A DNA stretch of 64,000 bases from positions 372,001 to 436,000 of the forward strand of contig CBFDEM010000036.1 in the NCBI GenBank assembly GCA_965603825.1, read 5' to 3'. Source of the DNA: Blepharisma stoltei ATCC 30299 (taxonomy: Eukaryota > Protista > Ciliophora). Position numbers and translations under genes: made by a program. Positions 60,084-64,000 of the stretch are shown here, in pieces. The notes below the pieces were generated by a model. It did not search any database, was not told the DNA's origin, and saw only the letters and a list, made by a program, of their open reading frames with translations. How positions within the stretch are numbered: the stretch's first letter is position 1; every line of letters begins with the position of its first letter.

Positions 60084-61727
60084 TTACAATGATGTGCCGC
60101 TTCTCATCATCATCTGAACAAGACCAAGAACACCACTAATTAAGACGGTAACTACTTTAGCGAGCAATGCTGAATCAAGTCTGATACCCATGATCATGAC
60201 TGGTCTCAGTATTTCGTCTTGCTCTAGCTTTTGGACTAAATATTGCAGAATCTTAATAGTTGCTAACACATTTTCGTTTTCCTCATTATAATTATTATCT
60301 TTCATGATGTGGCCAACGATATTTAATATCAAATCTCTATGCAAACTGAATGCTCTGTTGAGCTCCATCCCTGAAAAAGTCATATATATAATGAGAATCA
60401 GCATCACAATAGTAAAAAACAGCAACGATATTAAAGCTCCACTTGAGGCTCCTCCTATAATCCCAAAAGCCTGCAACAAAAATAAGGCAACCATTGCGCA
60501 AGACAAAGGCAAAACAAAAGAAGAATAAGCAAATATCCGATACGTGAATTTTCTCCCAAAATCTAATGAGGCCGTCCGCAAAGTGTACCAAGACTCTATA
60601 GTTCTTAAGTCGTGCATGTCTGCGCTTGGGAAGTTGCGGACAAACCATACTGTATCTTTTATATCAATATCGCTGATCATGGCTGTGCACTCATCAATCA
60701 TAATCTTTTTCCTTCTAAAATCACAAATCCCGATATATACAAACATTAGCAGTCTCCAACCTTCAAAGCAGCTTTCAATGGAATTTATAACTGCAATTAC
60801 AATTAATAAAGCATTACTATCTTCTTCAAAGAAACCGCCATTAATATATCATACCGTTGTGAAAGGTAAAATACAATAGACAATATTCAGCATAAGGACA
60901 AAATATGTTTCGAATTTATAGTGAGCTTTTTTATCAGCTTCTTTGATGAGCATTTTCCCAAGGACACTGAGGGGATAGCATGGGTTTTCGTTGGAATGAG
61001 AAATGCCTTCATGAACAGTTTCTATTCCAAGGTTAATCTGAAAGCTTGCAAGCAGATTATGATAGCACTCCTGCAGAGGTGTTTCAAACATAAAGCACAG
61101 TTCATGTGGGTTTTTGCTCTGCCGCTTAAAGCTTTTTTCAAGCTCACTATCGATAACTGATTCAGGAATTGAATACCATGCTAATGCAAGGTACTCTGAG
61201 TCCAAAAAACTGCGCTCAAGTGTTTCTTCCTTCATTGCCCTTCACTTCTTCTGAGAGTAGTATCCATATTTTATTGAAAGAAAAGAATTCTTGAGAGCGA
61301 TCACAGCCAGAACAGAAACAACAAGCCCAATTCATTTAAACGCTAGTTCTGGAAAAGCTATGCAAAAAGCAAGATTTAAAATGATACATACATGTGTAAA
61401 AATTTCTTTTATATAATGATAATTTCATCTGAAGTGCATATTTTTACACAAATTTGTGCCAAAAATTTTGAAAATGATAGGTAAAGATATTGGACCTAAA
61501 AATGTATGAATGAGGTGAATTGCCAGTGCAATTAGAAACTGATTAGAATGATAAATAAATTCATATTGGGCATCTTCATCGTGAGTTTTTATCTTCTTTA
61601 GATGGCTTAGCTTTTTCATCCTGCTGCTTCCAATTGCTGTGCTGCCTCTTCTGGAAAAGTTAAAAAATCCCTCTGACTCCTTTGGCGAATCACTTGACGA
61701 GGAAACCTGAGCTGGGCTATTAGACAT
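60084..61727 (-). CDS. PHTF-like / 7TMIC-like membrane protein, copy C (547 aa)
   Basis: Paralog of A and B; ORF pieces 61425-61727, 60849-61235 and 60084-60746 share one frame. Confidence 0.7.
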
Positions 61728-61751
61728 TAATTATATAAATATAAATTTTAT

Positions 61752-63999
61752 TTATTCTATTTGCAAATGTGCAAAAGGTGAGTTTAATTTGCATCTCTAT
61801 ATTAAAGATTACCATTTCATATTCTTCTTTGATGTTGGAACGCCTGACTATTTTATTGTTTTCCTTTCGGTCGCTGATTTCTTGGATAGTTGACAGCCTG
61901 CTATTTATTTCGTTCCTTGCGTTCTTTATATACTGTAATCTAATCTCTTTGCTTTTCGCCAGTTTTTGCTTGTCTTCCAGTCCCATATTAATTGGATGGA
62001 ATTTTTTGGCTGAGAATCTTTCTTCGTCGCTTGCATACATTCCAGCGTCTACTGGAGGGAGATGCTGATAAAAAGTGTCTTTATGCGGTGGGTTTGCCCC
62101 ATATCTTGTATTTGAGACTAGTTGAATAAGTTTATCGTCAGGTCGGAATTGGTTCCTTAGGGTTTCATGAGCTTTATTAAAAAAATCAGTTTGATTCATT
62201 TGCGATTTTAAGAAGCCAGATGAAGGCTGAGAAATGTTCATGAATTTTTTCGAATCCTCTTGTAGTCTTTCGCTGTTCGATTGTATAATATTTGTCTGGA
62301 TATGCCTTGAGAATTCTCTGAAGTTAACATGCCCACTTTTTTCTTCATCTAAAAATGCCATTAAGTCATCTACATCTCTTTGATCATGAACAATATTATT
62401 GACTTCTAAAGCCCCTTCCAGATCTTCTCTAGTAATAAACCCATCTCCATCTCGGTCGAACTTTTTAAAAATCTGGACACTTCTTTGCGAGCCTTGCACA
62501 AACATCTTTTCTTCAATCTCTTTGAGAATTTTTTTAATATTTGTATCAGAGCAAGGATCAAAGTCTTTTGTTTGCCTGAACGGAGGAACTGCCCTTTTGA
62601 TAATATGCAGCTCTTGAGCAGCCTTTGTGTCTTCCATAAATATATTGTTTGTTATATCTGGAACAGATGCAAGGCCATCTTTATTGTAAATATAAGAAGA
62701 TAAGAAGCCTTCTAGTTCTTTTTTGGTTATTTTGATTGTTTGTTTCTCTTTTAGCTTGCTAATAACAAAATCTTTTAACTGCTCTTGAGATACTTTGCCA
62801 TCAAAACCAGCTTTTGCAAGATCTTCATTGAGTTCTTCTTGAGACTCAACTCCTTCTCTTAAAAATTGCCTTATCTTGCGCGCTCTCTGGAATATATTAT
62901 CAAGCTGGTTGACAGGAGCTTTTTGTCGGTCAATTATTGTCAGACTCCCTTTATATTGCATTGTATTATGCTTTGGTGATTTTCCATGAGTCTGCTCAGC
63001 TTCTAGCTTATTATACTCTTGAATTAAAGGATTAACAGGGGGGCCAACTTCTTCAAGCCTTGCAGCATTTCTTGAGTCGAAATCATTTAATTTTCCTATA
63101 AATTCTCTATAATTTAATCCCCCTTCATTTCCTCCCATATCCATATATAGCAACTTCCAATGTTTTTGATTCGTCACACTTGTAGGTAAATCCATGTTAT
63201 TCAAAATGTTGGCAAAGTATTCAAAATTTATTTTTCCGCTTTTATTTTTATCTCTTCTTATAAATTGTGCAGCCAGCCCATTTATTTTTTCCTTTAAATG
63301 GATTTTAAGCTCATTTTGAATTTTCTTTGTGTGCTGGTTTACTGCAGACTCATGCATTTCAAGCAGTTTCTTTTCTGTATCAGGAGATGGGTCTTCTTCA
63401 GTCAAAGTTGCTAAGTCCACATTTAGCCTATCATCTTGATCAAAAATAAGCTGCATAAATTCATCTAAATTAAGAGCTCCTGTGTGACTTTGATTTGCAC
63501 TTGCCACTAGGACTCTGGCTTCTATCAAGTTTATAGGAATTCCAATTTTATTTACCATTTTGCATACGTCTTCGGGCCTTAAAACGCCTAGAGACCTTTC
63601 ATCCCATTGATTAAAAATTTTTCTGAAGTCCGTTCTATTTGCATAACGCCTTCTCATTGTCCTTCTGATATCAGCAACTTTTTTTAAGTCAACTTTTCCT
63701 TCAAGTGTCCGTTTGTGGTCCATATGTACAAGCTGAGTTTCTTGTATTGCTATTTTATTATCAATTTCTTTGGTTTTATGGTATTTATCGTATTTTTTAA
63801 CGTTTTTTTCTTCTTCATGGGATGGGCGATTAGCTTTCATTTGCGGATTTTTCAGGTAGGGATCGTTATCTCCCCCAGTAAATAAATTTTCTCCTTCTAA
63901 GTTTGAGGTTTTGGGACGAGCAATTGGCTCCCTTGGTTTTATTTTTTTGTGGTGGGTGTCGTAAAAAGTTGTTTGAGATTGAAGTGGGTTGTCTCTCAT
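61752..63999 (-). CDS. Multi-EF-hand calcium-binding protein (5' end may extend beyond window)
   Basis: EF loops DKNKSGKINFEYF, DRDGDGFITREDL, DEEKSGHVNFREF; 16-nt intron 61797-61812 gives end ...EMRCKLNSPFAHLQIE*. Confidence 0.85.
61797..61812 (-). other. 16-nt intron GTAATCTTTAATATAG
   Basis: GTA...A(-6)...TAG; splicing removes an AT-rich read-through tail and the overlap with the next gene's ATG. Confidence 0.8.
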
Positions 64000-64000
64000 A

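Noticed and set aside
61720-61796. Apparent overlap of the EF-hand ORF with the start of membrane-protein copy C
   Set aside because: Artefact of reading through the 16-nt intron at 61797-61812; the spliced gene stops at 61752
1-64000. Reading the many TGA-broken ORFs as pseudogenes or selenoproteins
   Set aside because: TGA aligns with conserved Trp rather than Cys, occurs in essential genes, and interchanges with TGG between paralogs
1-64000. Bacterial (Mycoplasma-type) or mitochondrial origin of the UGA=Trp code
   Set aside because: Gene content is nuclear eukaryotic (MAPK, HECT, Myb, CEP164, OST) and spliceosomal introns are present
1-64000. Telomeric repeats, transposases, tRNA/rRNA genes, CRISPR arrays
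   Set aside because: None recognised by eye; small ncRNAs or retained IESs in AT-rich spacers cannot be excluded without Infernal/tRNAscan and read mapping

Overview
Gene-dense, AT-rich eukaryotic DNA that reads as the somatic (macronuclear) genome of a heterotrich ciliate, most likely Blepharisma. In-frame TGA repeatedly falls on invariant tryptophans (MAPK DIW, WD40 VKVW, WW domain, Myb repeats, NZF fingers), reconstructed genes end in TAA/TAG, and nine candidate 15-16 nt GT-AG introns all carry an A six nt from the 3' end. The supplied ORF track is therefore fragmented. With TGA=Trp and the tiny introns removed, the window resolves into about 36 genes. These include an aquaporin (partial), YEATS, SLC45-like transporter, HemK2/N6AMT1, USP-NZF, WDR44-like, LITAF, MAPK, a 4070-aa HECT ligase, CEP164-like (plus a decayed partial duplicate), GPATCH1, dynamitin, CFAP97-like, thioredoxin, OST3/6, Myb, a kinase, EF-hand proteins and CIA2. 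Two tandem arrays stand out. (1) Three ~545-aa multi-pass membrane paralogs (56.0-61.7 kb) whose motifs and topology match PHTF / 7-transmembrane ion channels, the superfamily of insect gustatory and odorant receptors, making them a candidate ciliate chemoreceptor array. (2) Three bacterial YgiD-like 4,5-DOPA extradiol dioxygenase copies (40.7-44.4 kb) with an added signal-peptide-like leader, one intact and two disrupted. All family assignments come from motif recognition by eye, not database searches.
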